Below are positions 38,520 to 50,862 of a stretch of 64,000 bases of DNA, one piece after another. The stretch lies in contig NC_058368.1 of assembly GCF_018350175.1 (NCBI RefSeq), forward strand, positions 90,150,001 to 90,214,000. The letters run 5' to 3'. The notes under the pieces were generated by a model. That model was not told the DNA's origin, made no database searches, and worked only from the letters and a program-made list of their open reading frames with translations. Within the stretch, counting starts at the first letter, position 1. Each line of letters begins with the position of its first letter. Both the position numbers and the translations under genes were made by a program. The stretch comes from Felis catus (lineage: Eukaryota).

Positions 38520-38762
38520 GAGCACTCTGGTAAACCACTCTCCGAAAAATAAGAAAAAGAGAGGGAAAGACAGAGACAGAGAGAGAGACAGAGAGAGGGA
38601 AAGGGAGGAAGGGAGGAAGGGAGGAAGGGAGAAAGCCTGGAGTCATAGTGTGCCAATTTCTGTGGTGTAAATATTACCTTCCATCGTGGCCAGTTTCAAG
38701 GGATCGATAGTTTAACAAGAGGTTTGCAAAATCCCTGAATACTTAACAGTCAGCAGCACTGA
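38520..38762. mobile_element. hAT-Blackjack MITE (MER63-like) with GA-rich insert
   Basis: ctggtaaacc...gccaatttctgtggtgtaaatatt...cagcactga. Confidence 0.6.
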
Positions 38763-38832
38763 TGTCAATCCAGTCCTGGGTGTCTGTCTCAGAAGCCCCT
38801 ACTATTTTCTTTGTCAAGATCTGCTATACATT

Positions 38833-39050
38833 GGGGTGCCTGGGTGGCTCAGTCACTTAAGCGCTGACTTCAGCTCAGGTCATGATCTCATGGTTTGTGA
38901 GTTCGAGCCCTGCACTGGGGTCTGTGTTGACAGCTCAGAGTCTCAAGCCTGCTTCTGATCCTGGGTCTCCCTGTCTCTCTGCCCCTCCCCCACTCATGCT
39001 CTGTCTCTCTCTCTCTCAAAAAAAATTAACATTTAAAATAAAATTTAAAA
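38833..39050 (+). mobile_element. Can-SINE
   Basis: TSD tgctatacatt. Confidence 0.9.
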
Positions 39051-39157
39051 ATATTTGCTATACATTGGTTATCTGCACACCACTTCTACAATTCTGCCAC
39101 CTCTGTGTTCCACCTATTATTAAATATTTTTCTCTAAGACACTACACTTTGAAAAAA

Positions 39158-39374
39158 CATTTTTTAATGTTTATTTATTTTTGAGTGAGAGACAGAGAGG
39201 CAGAGTGCAAGCTGCGGGGAAGCAGAGAGAGAGAGGGAGACACTGAATGCGAAGCAGGCTCCAGGCTCTGAGCTGTCAGCACAGAGCCCGATGTGAGGCT
39301 TGAGCCCGTGAACCGTGAGACCATGGCCCAAGCCAAAGCTGGACACTCAACTGACTGAGCCACCCAGGCACCCC
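39158..39374 (-). mobile_element. Can-SINE
   Basis: Head on minus strand. Confidence 0.9.
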
Positions 39375-40004
39375 AAGACGCATCACTTTTCAATGGCAGT
39401 TGACATTACTATCATTGAAAAGCAAAATCACTTGCTAAAACAAATACGATAATATTAAAGCAAACATTTAATTATTAGAATAAAAATGTTTTTTGCACTT
39501 CCTGAAATACCCTTTCCATGTGCTGGCCCTGGTGACCCAGAGGCTGCACTCTGGGGACCTGGGGACTGTCCTTCCACCATCTTCCTTCACAGCCATTGCC
39601 ATGGCATGCCACTGGGTCCTTCAAAAGGAGGAGACAGCAAATCTGATATGAATGTGAAAATGCCCAGCCAGTGTTCAAACATGTCTCTTATACAGTCCAG
39701 ATGTCCCCAGCAGGGCTCTTCCCCTGTAGCATTTCTTTGGACTTCAGGATCACAGTGTGTTCCTTGTGGATACTAGAGGATACTAGAGGATACACTGTGT
39801 ATCCTCTAGGTTAGCCTGTCCCATGGGGTTGGACTGGGTTTCCACAATTTCATCTGTGGCCATAGTTTGGCAGGAGAGAGGGGACAGGATGTTGATAATC
39901 AGCAGCAGTGGCAGGGACAGCCAATATGGACCAAGACCTTCAGGGGACAGAGCCCCAGAAGGGAAACAAAAAGAGAGGCTCATTCAGGGCTGAAGGGAGA
40001 ACCA

Positions 40005-40790
40005 AAGCTAACTCCGTGCCCACCCTATGATGCAGTCATTCCACTCCAGAGTATATACTCTCAGAGAGGCGTGCACCTGTCCACCAAAAGATACACACAG
40101 TCTTCAAAACAGCTCTGCTCAGAATAGCCCCAGATGGAAATCAATAGAAATCCCCATCAACAGGAAAACGGACAAATCAATTGCAGAATACTATACAGCA
40201 AAGACAGAGAGGCACCTCCTACTACTACATGCAAAAGAAGAAAGAATCTCACAAACATAATGTTAAGAAAAAGAAACCAGACAACAAAGAGTATGCATTG
40301 TGTAATCACACATTGTAATCTATTTCAATAAAGTCCAAAAACAGGCAAGCTACCCTATGGTACCAGAAATCAGAATAGTGGGGTGCTAATGACTGAGAAG
40401 CCCAGAAAAGCTTCAGCGGTGCTGGTAATGTCCTCCACCTTGATCTTGATGGTGGTTACAATGGCATTTTCACTTACTAAATATCCGTTGAGCTGTATAT
40501 ACAGATTTTTTTTTTTTGCAAACTTTGGGGCACCTGGGTAGCTCAGTTGGTTGAGCATCTGATTTAGGCTTAGGTCATAATATTGCAGTTCGTGAGTTTG
40601 AGCCCCGCATGAGGCTTGCTGCTATCAGTGCAGAGCCCACTTTGGATCCTCTGTCCCCCTCTCTCTCTCCCCTCTCCCGCTCATTCTCTCTATCTCTCTC
40701 TCTTAAAATAAATAAAAAGTTAAAAAAGAGATTTTTTGCACTTTAGTAGAGGTATGTTATATTTCAATATAATATTTAATAAATAAGTGT
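40005..40790 (+). mobile_element. Old L1M 3' fragment
   Basis: ccctatgatgcagtcattccactcc...gaatctcacaaacataatgtt. Confidence 0.7.
40527..40727 (+). mobile_element. Can-SINE
   Basis: Head, CT tract and tail. Confidence 0.88.
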
Positions 40791-41080
40791 AAGAAAAAGG
40801 CATAAAATACCAATATAGTGCTAGATGAAGAGAATGAGAAATAGAATGGCATCTATAACCAGCATTGTTGAATGATTAAGAAGCACAGGTACACCAAACA
40901 ATACCACACATTTGGGGAGAACACAAGAGATCTACATTAAGCGCATTCATATGGTTACCTGTGGGGAGGCAAGGGGAGTGAGGGGTAGTGATAAAGGAAA
41001 CCATAAGTAATAAGTTAAGATCAGGGCCTTACTAGGACCAGAGGGGATCCTGTGCCATTAGAGAAAGAAAAGGAAGAGAG

Positions 41081-41301
41081 GGGCACCTGGGTGGCTTAGT
41101 CTGCTAAGTATCTGACTTCAATTCAGGTCATGATCTCACAGTTTGTGAGTTTGAGCCCTGCGTTGGGCTCTGTGCTGATATCTCAGAGCCTGGAGCCTGC
41201 TTCGGATTCTGCGTCTCTCTCTCGCGCTCTGCTCTTCCCCTGCTTGTTTTCTGTCTCTCAAAATTAAAAAAACAAACAAACAAACATTTTTTTAATTAAA
41301 A

Positions 41302-41373
<72 letters not shown>

Positions 41374-41375
41374 AA
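41081..41375 (+). mobile_element. Can-SINE with (GAAA)n tail
   Basis: Head; tail expanded to a long GAAA array; TSD-like aaagaaaaggaagag. Confidence 0.9.
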
Positions 41376-41990
41376 AGGAAGAGGAAGAAGAGATGGGGGA
41401 GGAGGAAGAAGAGAAATTTTGGACAATCCGTTGAGGTTTCCAACACTGCCCCAGGGAACCCAGCTTGGGCTCTGATCCCTGGAGCTGCCCCCCCACCCCT
41501 GCTTTACCCCCCATGCTATGTAGTACGTTTTATACACAGGCTACCCCTGTTTATGGCCCTGGGAAGGTAGACATTGCTCCCAGGGGAGCCAGATACATTT
41601 CTAAAGGACTGAAGCTCTTCCTTCCCAGCACCTGGAGATGGAAGGCTGGGAACTGGGCCCGCTGGAACTCTGAGGAGAAGGGGAATTTGAGATGGGGCTT
41701 ACGGGTGACCTGGGATTTCTTGGGAGATGGGAGCAGAGGGAGGGGAGAGTCATGTGTGGAGCCAGAGAAAGGGCCCCACAGAGGAGGGAGGCCTATGGGT
41801 ATCTCCCTTCTAGACCCCTGTGGGCCTCAGTCAGACCTCAACACACACTCCTCATGAGATCTGCCATAGCCAAATACCACCTGTGCTTTTATTTACTTAA
41901 TGCTTTTCATCCACTCACTTTTTTTTCACTTAAATGTTTTATTTATTTACTTATTTATTTTTACCTGAATGTTTTAAAAGGTAGTTTTGT

Positions 41991-42745
41991 CCCAAGTGTT
42001 GACATGGATGTGGAGAAACGCGAGCCCTTGTGTATTGTTGGGGAGACTGTAGATGGTGTAGCCACTACGGAAAAATGGTATGGCAGTTACTCAAAAAATT
42101 AAACATAGAACCTGTTATATGATCCAGCAATCCCACTTCTGGGTATTTATGCAAAAGAGTTGAAATCAGGATCTTGAAGAGATATTTACACACCCGTGTT
42201 CATAGCAGCATTATTTGCAGTAGCCAAAAGGTGGAAGCAAGCCAAGTGTCCATCAGTGCTTGGATAAACAAAATGTGATGTATACATACAATGGAACATT
42301 ATTCATCCTTAAAGATGAAAGAAATTCTAACACATGCTACAACATGGATGAACCTGGAGGACACTATGCTGAGTAATAATCCAGTCACGAAAGGTCAAAT
42401 ACCAACAAAACAAAACAAAACACCCTAAGGGTCAAATACTGTGTGACTCCATGTATGTGGGTCTATAAATGTCTGTATGTATATGCCCGGAGTAGTGAAA
42501 TTTTATAGAAACAGAAAATAGAATTGTGGTTCCAATGGGCTGGGGGAGGGGGCAGTGTAAAGTTACTATGTAATGGGGACAGAAATTCAGTTTTACAAGA
42601 TGAAAAGAGTCTAGAAGATGGATGGTGGTGATCCTTGCACAACAATGTGAATGTACCAAATGCTGCTGAACTGAACACTTACAAATGGTTTAAGATGATT
42701 TTGGGTTTTTTTTGTTTGTTTGTTTTTCATATTTTTTTACTGCAA
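41991..42745 (+). mobile_element. L1M 3' end (L1MB-like)
   Basis: atgatccagcaatcccacttctgggtattt; TSD ttttaaaaggtag(t/c)tttgt. Confidence 0.85.
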
Positions 42746-43027
42746 TTTTTAAAAGGTAGCTTTGTACCACAACTATACATGGAAAGACCCTTTTCCTAAA
42801 GGAAACTGTCCATAAAATTAAAAACAATTACACTCCCAAATGAAGGTGGTGTTACCAATGCCCTAGATGTCCATACCTGCTGAGGCTATGCACAGAGACC
42901 ACCTCATCCCACTCTATTTTAAAGGGCGATTGGAAAGTGCCAGAGAAGTGTTGTAAGTTCTCTAGAAGCAACTCTCTACTTGACAAATTCAAAGTATGGG
43001 TACCACATGCTTTAAAAGACCCTTTTA

Positions 43028-43246
43028 GGGGAGCCTGGGTGGCTCAGTCGGTTAAACGTCTGACTTCAGCTTGGGTCATGATCTCACAGTTTGTGAGTTC
43101 GAGCCCTGCATCGGGCTCTGTGCAGACAGCTTGGAGTCTGGAGCCTGCTTCAGATTCTGTGTCTCCCTCTCTCTCTGCCCCTCCCCTGCTCACACTGTCT
43201 CTCTTTCTCCCCCAAATAAATAAATATTGACCAAAAAAATTTAAAG

Positions 43247-43327
<81 letters not shown>
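43028..43327 (+). mobile_element. Can-SINE with (GAAA)n tail
   Basis: Head; GAAA array; TSD-like aaag(a/t)ccctt. Confidence 0.9.
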
Positions 43328-43328
<1 letters not shown>

Positions 43329-43917
43329 TCCCTTGTAAGGACAAGGGGGTAGAGTGAATGAGCCTGGCAAGCAGAGGCAGGCCAGGGCATGCCAAGTAAG
43401 AGCAGAGCCCAGAGACCCCCAGCAGGCCTGGGGCTATCTGGGCAGGGAACTCCCTGTCTCAGGTGCCTGAACATGAGTACCTTGGTCCCAAGAACTCTTT
43501 GCTCTGTGAGAAGGGAGTCCAGCTGCTGGAGGGCCAAGGTAGATACCTCTTCAAGCACTAGGCCCAGGGAGGAGGCCTGGTTATTTTGGTCTAGGGGCTG
43601 TACATCCTGGAGGCAAGTAAATAAAGCCAGCCTCAATATGGCCAGGACAGACTAGACAGATGATTGCAGTGAGGAAGGAAGGGAAGATTTAGAGGGAGAA
43701 ATTGTGAAGGACATTGCTAAGAGTCACCCAAGGACATCTGATATTTCAGCCAACACTGCATCCACACCCTTTGCCTGGAAACAGTGCCTCAGTTTTCCTT
43801 TGGGAAGTGGCCTCTTTCTGGGATACTCAGTACATTTGGTTGGGCAAGGCTGACTCCACCCCTTCCCACTATAGGACGCAGGGAATCCAGGCAGGGCCAG
43901 TCAGAAGATGCTATCCT

Positions 43918-44064
43918 ACTATTAAGTATTGATCCAAAGGATACAAACACACAGATTCAATGGGACATATGCACCCCAATGTTTATAGCAGCATTATCAA
44001 CAATAGACAAATGATGAAGAGAGCCCAAATGTCCACCAACGGATGAATAGATAAAGAAAATGCG

Positions 44065-44104
<40 letters not shown>

Positions 44105-44470
44105 AATGGAATATTACTCAGCCATCAAAAACAATGAAATCTTGCCATTTGCAACAACGTGGATGGAACTAGCAAAAATAAGTCAATCAGAGAAAAACAA
44201 ATACCATATGATTTCACTCATATGTGGAATTTAAGAAACACAACAGATGAGCATGGGGAAAAGAGGGAAACAAACCACAAGAGACTCTTAATGATAGAGA
44301 ACAAATTGAGGGTTGACAGAGGAGGTGGGTGGGGGATGGGCTAGATGCGCTATGGGTATTGAGGGCACCTGAACACTGGGTATTGTATGTAAGCGATCAA
44401 TCACTGAAGTCTACTCCTGAAACCAATATTGCACTGTATGTTAACGAAAATTTAAATTAGAAAAAAAAAG
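43918..44470 (+). mobile_element. 5'-truncated carnivore L1 with internal (CA)n
   Basis: gcaccccaatgtttatagcagcattatcaac; TSD aagatg(c/t)tatcct. Confidence 0.88.
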
Positions 44471-44929
44471 ATGTTATCCTTCCTCCTCATCAGGGAGCAA
44501 TAATGAGTACACTGCCTAACATTCTATAAGCTACTGGATTCAGCCACACCTGACTCAAGACCCATCCCACTCTTTCATTTATGCTTTAGAAGGGTACACA
44601 GCTGACAAGATGTGTGTGTGTTGTGGGCTGGGCAGGTCTCACTACAATCTCCTCTTTATCCAGAGAATCTGGAGGTTTCATCTCCTGTAGACAGTCTTCT
44701 AAACCCCACAGGTGTTCTTACAGTTCTTACAGTGTTGCGGCCCCCCGCGTCCCATTACAGAGGCACATCCCCTCCCCTGCGTTCCTTGGTGTCAATTATA
44801 TGTGACTGGTAGTTGACCAGCTGAAATCTGAACTCTTCACAGACATTTAACCTTTAAAATTAATTGTAAAGTTTTAACTGTTTTTCTTTTTGCATTTTCG
44901 TCGCAAACTTTTCCACAGGCCTTTATAAA

Positions 44930-46000
44930 GCTCCCAGGCTCCGCACCCTGTGCCCATCACGCCGGGACTAACGGACATGGCTGTGTAAGCTCCGGCCCTC
45001 GTGCAGGCGGGCGGGAGCGAGCAGGGCATCGCACGCAAGCGCGCGGGGGCGGGGCTGAGCCCCAGGCCTGCGCGTTGCCGCTCGGCCCTCCGGGAGGGGG
45101 CTGGGCAGAGCGGCGGCGAGCGCGCCGGAGGCGGCAGCCGGGCTAGCGGGACTTTGTGTTTCACAGACCCTGCTTCAGGCGCATCCTCTTGGAGCCGCCT
45201 CCCAAACCGCACCGCTGCCAAGCGAGGCGCCCCCGAGTCGGCGGGACCAGACCCGTGGGATGGAGTGGGCCCGTCCCCACGGCCCTCAGGGGGCCCCGAG
45301 GAGACCACCGCGAGCTGCCTGACCCGCCGTCCTCGCCCAGGGGCCCATGGGCGCGTCCCCGCGGGCGGGCCGCAGACGTGAGGGCGGCGAGCGGCGGGGC
45401 CGCGGCGCCGAGGAGGACCGTGCTCGTGCCCGGCCCCGCGCAGGCCGCGCGCGCGCGCTCCCGCCGCAGCGCCGGCCGCGCCCGCCCCGCCTCTCCGCGC
45501 CGGCCCTGGAGCCCGGTCCGCGAGCGGCGGCGGCGGCGGCCGGAGGGACGATGAGCGGCGCGGCGCGGGCGGGCCCGGCCCGGCTCGCCGCGCTCGCTCT
45601 GCTGACCTGCAGCCTGTGGCCGGCGCGGGCGGACAACGCGAGCCAGGAGTACTACACGGCGCTCATCAACGTGACGGTGCAGGAGCCCGGCCGCGGCGCC
45701 CCGCTCACGTTCCGCATCGACCGCGGGCGCTACGGGCTCGACTCGCCCAAGGCCGAGGTCCGCGGCCAGGTGCTGGCACCGCTGCCCATCCACGGAGGTG
45801 AGTGCCGGGGCGCGGAGAGAAGGAGCCGGCGCGGGGGCGGGCGGCGGCCCCCGGGAGCCGGGGCGCGGGGGCGGCGGGCTCAGCGCCCCCACCCACCCGG
45901 GCCGGACTCGCAGCTCCGCTCCGCTCGGCCGGCGGCCCCGGGGTCCAGGTTTCCGTCGTGTGCAGCCCGGCCTGCCCACGGGTGGGAATGAGGCTCCAGA
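44930..46000. promoter_or_regulatory. RNF130: CpG island / RNF130 promoter and 5'UTR
   Basis: Very GC- and CpG-rich. GC box GGGGCGGGGC at 45046-45055, (GC)n tract near 45447, (GCG)5 at 45524. Surrounds exon 1. Confidence 0.92.
45551..45797 (+). CDS. RNF130: RNF130 (GOLIATH, PA-TM-RING E3 ubiquitin ligase) coding exon 1: signal peptide and start of lumenal domain
   Basis: gggacgATG start; [82 protein letters not shown]; donor G|GTGAGT. Sequons NAS and NVT. Adjacency to RASGEF1C matches the known gene order. Confidence 0.96.
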
Positions 46001-48464
46001 CGCTTTTGGGGGGGGGGGGGTGGGGGGTTCCTCTTCTCTTAGGAAGACTTAGAAAACGTTCCTTTTCGTTTAGGTAGCTTGTTTACAGGAGGGCATGGGT
46101 CTGCGAGTTTGCAGGGACAGTTCAGACAAAGGAGGTGGTGGAAGAGCGCAAAACTAATTCATGGTGGAGGAGGTCTTAACCTGCATTTCGGAATCGGCAG
46201 GTTTGTTCCCGAAATCCCAGACTTAACGCTGAATTAGATCTCGAAGGATGAAGGCCCTTTTCTAACGTAAAAACGTGCCGTTTTTCTTAAGTGGCAAGTG
46301 GGAGGAGGTTGGTAGAGGAAAATGGGCATCTTCCCTGTTGCTTTTGGCTCCTGTTCTGCCCCAGTAGTTTTTACTGTAATTTGACGCCTGAAAATCTCAC
46401 ATTATGAAGAATCTGATACCAATTGGAACTAGTAGCCAAGTTTTCAGGGCATGGGTGCTGACCGAAGGGGAAATAGATAAAATTTTCAAGAATTGTCTTT
46501 GAAGCCATTTGGCGTATGCTCATGCTTTCCTATAAACACTGGCTCCGTTTAGTTATTTGTATAAAAACGTACATTTGTATAAATTACTGGTCATGTTTTA
46601 AAGGAACCTTTTTTTCCTTTTGATATTTTTTGGGGGGTTTTGTTTTTTGTTTTTTTGCCCACTGCGAACTTTTTGGAAAATGTCTGCTATCTTCTCCACC
46701 CCCGCACTCATCCTGAGAATGCTGAGAGTGGATTTTTTTTTTAAGCTGCTATTCATGTTAAGATGACCTAAACAAGGCAGTCTAAATAAGGTAATGATGT
46801 TTGTTTTTATACTCTAAAATATTAAAACATCATGCCTCTTCTGAGATCTGTGTGTGCTAAAGTGCTAAGCTGTCTGTGTACTGAGGAAAAAGAATCACGT
46901 GGGTCTTTCACTCTAGTTTGCCCCCAATTTAGAAGTGCCTTGTAAAAGTTCATTTTTACACCAACGGTCAGGTGCTTAAAGTGCATTCTCATCTCCACTT
47001 TGTTAAAAATGGCAGTTAGGGTCCCAGCTTGCTGGCAGAAACAACTTTGGTCTTTGGTTCATTTAGTAAATATTTGTGTGCCTGTTCTGTGCCAGTCACT
47101 GTAGTTGGATCACATAATGTTGCCAAACTATGACACTAACAATGGTAGCCTATTTTCTGGTGCGGAGAACCGTGAGGGTCACGTGGAAGGGGAGGAAGAG
47201 GAAGAGAGAGAGGCAAGCTGTTCTGGAGCAAGAGTTGGCCCCGTGCAGGGTTTTGAAATACTTGGTTTGTCTTTAGGGCTTGGTTCCCTCGGGCACCCCA
47301 AATCCACGATATTCACTTTAGATTCTTGCCTCCAAAGGGTCTCATGTTGTAAAACTACTTGTTGCTTGCTTGTCATCCACAAACAAAAGCCCGGTCTTTG
47401 AGAACTCTTGTTGTAGGTGTTTGAACAGAAGAGTATTGGGAACTAACATGCAACTGATGTGTAGAGGAAGGTTAGTCCTGTTTCCTTATCCCTGGGGAGG
47501 TAGCATCACTGTACAAGTAAAGGTTCTGAGTTGTGCTGTGCATATGCTATGTGACACCAGGAGAGCATTGCGTAACCCTGGGAAAGTAAATTGGCCACAT
47601 AACCTCAGTGTCCTCCACAAAATGGAATGATGACATATTTACCTCGTAAGATTGTTGACAGGTATGAATGGTCCCTGCATTCTTAAAACGAGACTTGTCA
47701 ACCTGAATGAATGTCTAAATTGGTGAGGTTTTAGACACCCCTCAGTGTGAACACGTCAGGGCAGCGTGTGAATGCTGAGTCTGGGGTCGGTTCCCTTCAG
47801 TGTCTGTCTTCTCTTCCTATTCTCCATTCTCTAGGAGCTCATTTTCTATTTGCACAACATGAGATTGCTGCATGTTTTCTCATGGTGTGAGTGGTGAGGT
47901 CCTACAGGTGGTTTGAGTCTGACTTCCTACTGAGGGGTCTGCACACAGAGGTGCTTTCAGTTCAGCAAATACTAATTGAAATCCTGTGTACCACTGGAGA
48001 GGTGGTGGGGCAACAGCAGTGAACAAAACAGATGAAAATTCCTCTTCTTCCTGAAGTGCTAGTTAGGGCCTTTATACATCCGTATACCTGTAAATCATGA
48101 AATCCAGGACATTTTCCTACTTTTGCAGCAGGAACTTGGGAATGTATCTTAAAAACAACAATGGTGGTATAAGTCTGTTACGATTACTTGCGTTACATCC
48201 ATTATACCTCAGTTAAAAAAAAAGTGGCTATTCTTGATTTAGTGAATTTCAAAATTTTATATTTTAATAAAAAATATTACAGTTCTTATGACCTTTTATG
48301 CTCTTATAATTTTGAATTGAAGAGAATCTTAGAGTGTTTATTGAGGACTTCCTGTGTGTTGACAGTAAACAAAGTAATGTTCAAATTACAAAGCAAAAAA
48401 TGTTACGAGATGGGAATTCCTGGCAGAAGTAGCTGGGCCCAATAGATGTGAATTTTTTTTTCTT

Positions 48465-48581
48465 TATCTTTTTTTTTTTTTTTTTTTTTTTGAGCAGGCT
48501 CTACACCCAGTGTGGGGCTTGAACTCACAACCCTGGGATCAAGAGTTGCATAATCTACCAACTAAGCCAAGCAGGCACCCC
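48465..48581 (-). mobile_element. Can-SINE, short form
   Basis: Poly-T then head; TSD tagatgtgaa. Confidence 0.8.
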
Positions 48582-49439
48582 TAGATGTGAAATTAACAAA
48601 GGTGCATTTTTGAGGATAAGTGTTTGGTAGTAATGAATATAAAGACAAAATAATTTCACATTTTCCTAGAGCTTAACATGATGACTCATTTTAAATCTCT
48701 GACTTGGTTTGTGAAATATTAGAAACCTTTCTTATTTTGTAGTGCTACTATCAATGAGACATGTATGAATAACTGAATGAAATTTATTTATTCTACACCT
48801 TTAAAGGGCAAATAGACAGCTTTTCTTTAGATTCTTTGGTGTTTTAAAAGTACATTTTTAGAAAGTGTTAAACTTTATAAAACAAGTGTTGTACTTTGAA
48901 AACGTATTCTTTGTCACTAAATAGGATGCAGATTGAATAGAATGGAGATTCATTTGTTTGGTGTTAACAGATTTCATATGTTTACTGATAATTCATTTTT
49001 AGGAATGGGCCTTTGAAGGAACATATCTTGTATTTGCAGATTACAGTTGCTTACTCAAAGGGTGAGCTTAGAACTAGAAACAAATGTAAACTAGCTAGTA
49101 CCTACTGGGGAGCAGACATTGTAAATGTGCTCTGTGTTTGTGCACACTAACTTTTTGTCTGAGCCTGGAGTGGGGGTTGGGCAGGAGAAGGACCAGTGTT
49201 GATGATGTCATTGTATATGCAGATGTGCTGGTGGGAAGAATCTGGTATCAGCCACTTTTTGCTTTGCATAGAAATTTTGAGGATTGGATGTTATAGCCTT
49301 AACAGTTTTACCAAATGATCAACTTTTGTGGGGAAGGGGGAAAGGGGGCATCTTGCTGACCGTATGGATACAAAAAAAAAAAAAAAAAGCAAAACTTAGG
49401 TTTTTAGGTTTAAGAAAGTGGTTCTTTTGGATGAATCCA

Positions 49440-49740
49440 TTAAACCTGAGCATGGTTTTTTAAATTCTGATAAAGAGTAAAGGATATTGATGTGGAAAAA
49501 AGACCTTGGATGAAAGCCATCATGTAATGTTAGAATTCATAATGGCAAAGGCAAGGACTACTAGATATAGAGATTTCAAAATATTCAGAGAAATAGTAGG
49601 TATGATTCTGGGAACAGGGACTCTGAAAGGAAAGAGAATTCAAAAGGAGCTGGAGGTTCTAAAAACCAGATCTTAACATAAATAACTAAGCAAGCAGATA
49701 AAGGAGATATATACAATATATTTATATTGAATTTTACAAT
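49440..49740 (+). mobile_element. CR1/L3 LINE fossil (C-terminal end of ORF2 endonuclease)
   Basis: Translates TLDESHHVMLEFIMAK from 49503 and DFKIFREIVGMI, resembling the CR1 LGxSDH motif. Confidence 0.65.
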
Positions 49741-50310
49741 TGAGAAAATGGTTTCACACACTGTATTTTTCCTTCACTTTTGGATGATCCATTGGCATAT
49801 AAATATTTGAATATTTAAAAAAAAAACATTTGACCTTCCCACCAAATACTCTTCTGCTACCATCCCATCCTCTATTTCTCTTAATGGCAAAGCTTCCCAT
49901 AAGGGTTGTGTTCATATTTGTTGCCTTCAGTTTTTCCTTCTGCTGTTCTTCACATTGTGAAGATCTTTGATTGCTGTGCCAGTGATTTTGGTAAAGACAT
50001 GGCATATTTAAATGATCTCTTTGACCTGCTGAATCCCTAGGATCTCAGTGTGTGGAATGGTGGGTTGAGACTAAGAAAAAAAGTGAATAGGAATAAATAC
50101 ATAGCCCCGAATTGAGGTGTAAAAAAAAACCCACCTGCATTAAAAGGAGTTGAAGGGAGATAAAGCTTAGCTGCCTGTTGCAGGACAGACCCTCTCTAGT
50201 CGTCTTGAATTTGGGTGTCTGGTTCCTGGGCAGCACTGGTCCTGCTTCATGAGGCCAGGTACACCTCTCGTTTATGTTTCTGAATGTGAGTTTTAAAAGA
50301 TGGACAAACC

Positions 50311-50521
50311 GGGGCGCCTGGGTGGCTTGGTCGGTTAAGTGTCCGACTTCGGCTCGGGTCATGATCTCGCAGTCCGTGAGTTCGAGCCCTGTGTCGGGCT
50401 CTGTGCTGACAGCTCAGAGCCTGGAGCCTGTTTCGGATTCTGTGTCTCCCTCTCTCTCTGCTCCTCCCCGTTCATGCTCTGTCTCTCTCTGTCTCAAAAA
50501 TAAATAAACGTTAAAAAAAAA
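50311..50521 (+). mobile_element. Young SINEC_Fc-type Can-SINE
   Basis: CpG-rich; perfect TSD aaaagatggacaaacc (50295-50310 and 50522-50537). Confidence 0.95.
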
Positions 50522-50659
50522 AAAAGATGGACAAACCACAGAGCACTGTTTGAACGTTATAAAAGAAAAATCCTTCATTTGAAGGAAGGTTAGATTAAAT
50601 GACTTCTAAGTTTCCTCCACCTTGATTGAAGTGTGACTATAAAGTGGTAGGACAAATCT

Positions 50660-50862
50660 TATTTTTTTATTTTTAGAGAATGTGCATGAGCAGGGGAGGG
50701 GCAGAGGCAGAGAAAGAGAGAAAAACTGAGACTATCCCGAGCTGGCTCCATGCTCTCAGCACAGAGCCCGATGCAGGGCTCCCTCCATCCCACAATCCTG
50801 GGATCTTGACCTGAGCCGAAATCAAGTCAGACACTCAACTGACAGAGTCGTCCAGGCACCCA
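50660..50862 (-). mobile_element. Can-SINE (older)
   Basis: TSD-like aggaca(a/g)atctt. Confidence 0.85.

Noticed and set aside
41264..43636. ORFs with (FLSF)n hydrophobic stretches
   Set aside because: Translations of (GAAA)n SINE tails, not membrane proteins.
44921..44931. TTATAAAGC resembling the 5' end of miR-340-5p (hosted in RNF130) or a TATA box
   Set aside because: Only 9 nt match with no hairpin, and as I recall miR-340 lies in a later intron. It is ~620 nt upstream of the ATG, so a TATA role is unsupported without TSS data.
45161..45979. 272-aa minus-strand ORF, the longest in the window
   Set aside because: Antisense shadow of RNF130 exon 1 in a CpG island, where stop codons are rare; low-complexity Arg/Gly/Pro/Ala with no recognisable domain.
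45798..45991. Continuation of ORF 45347-45991 past the exon-1 donor
   Set aside because: There is a strong GTGAGT donor at 45798; the rest is GC-rich intron.
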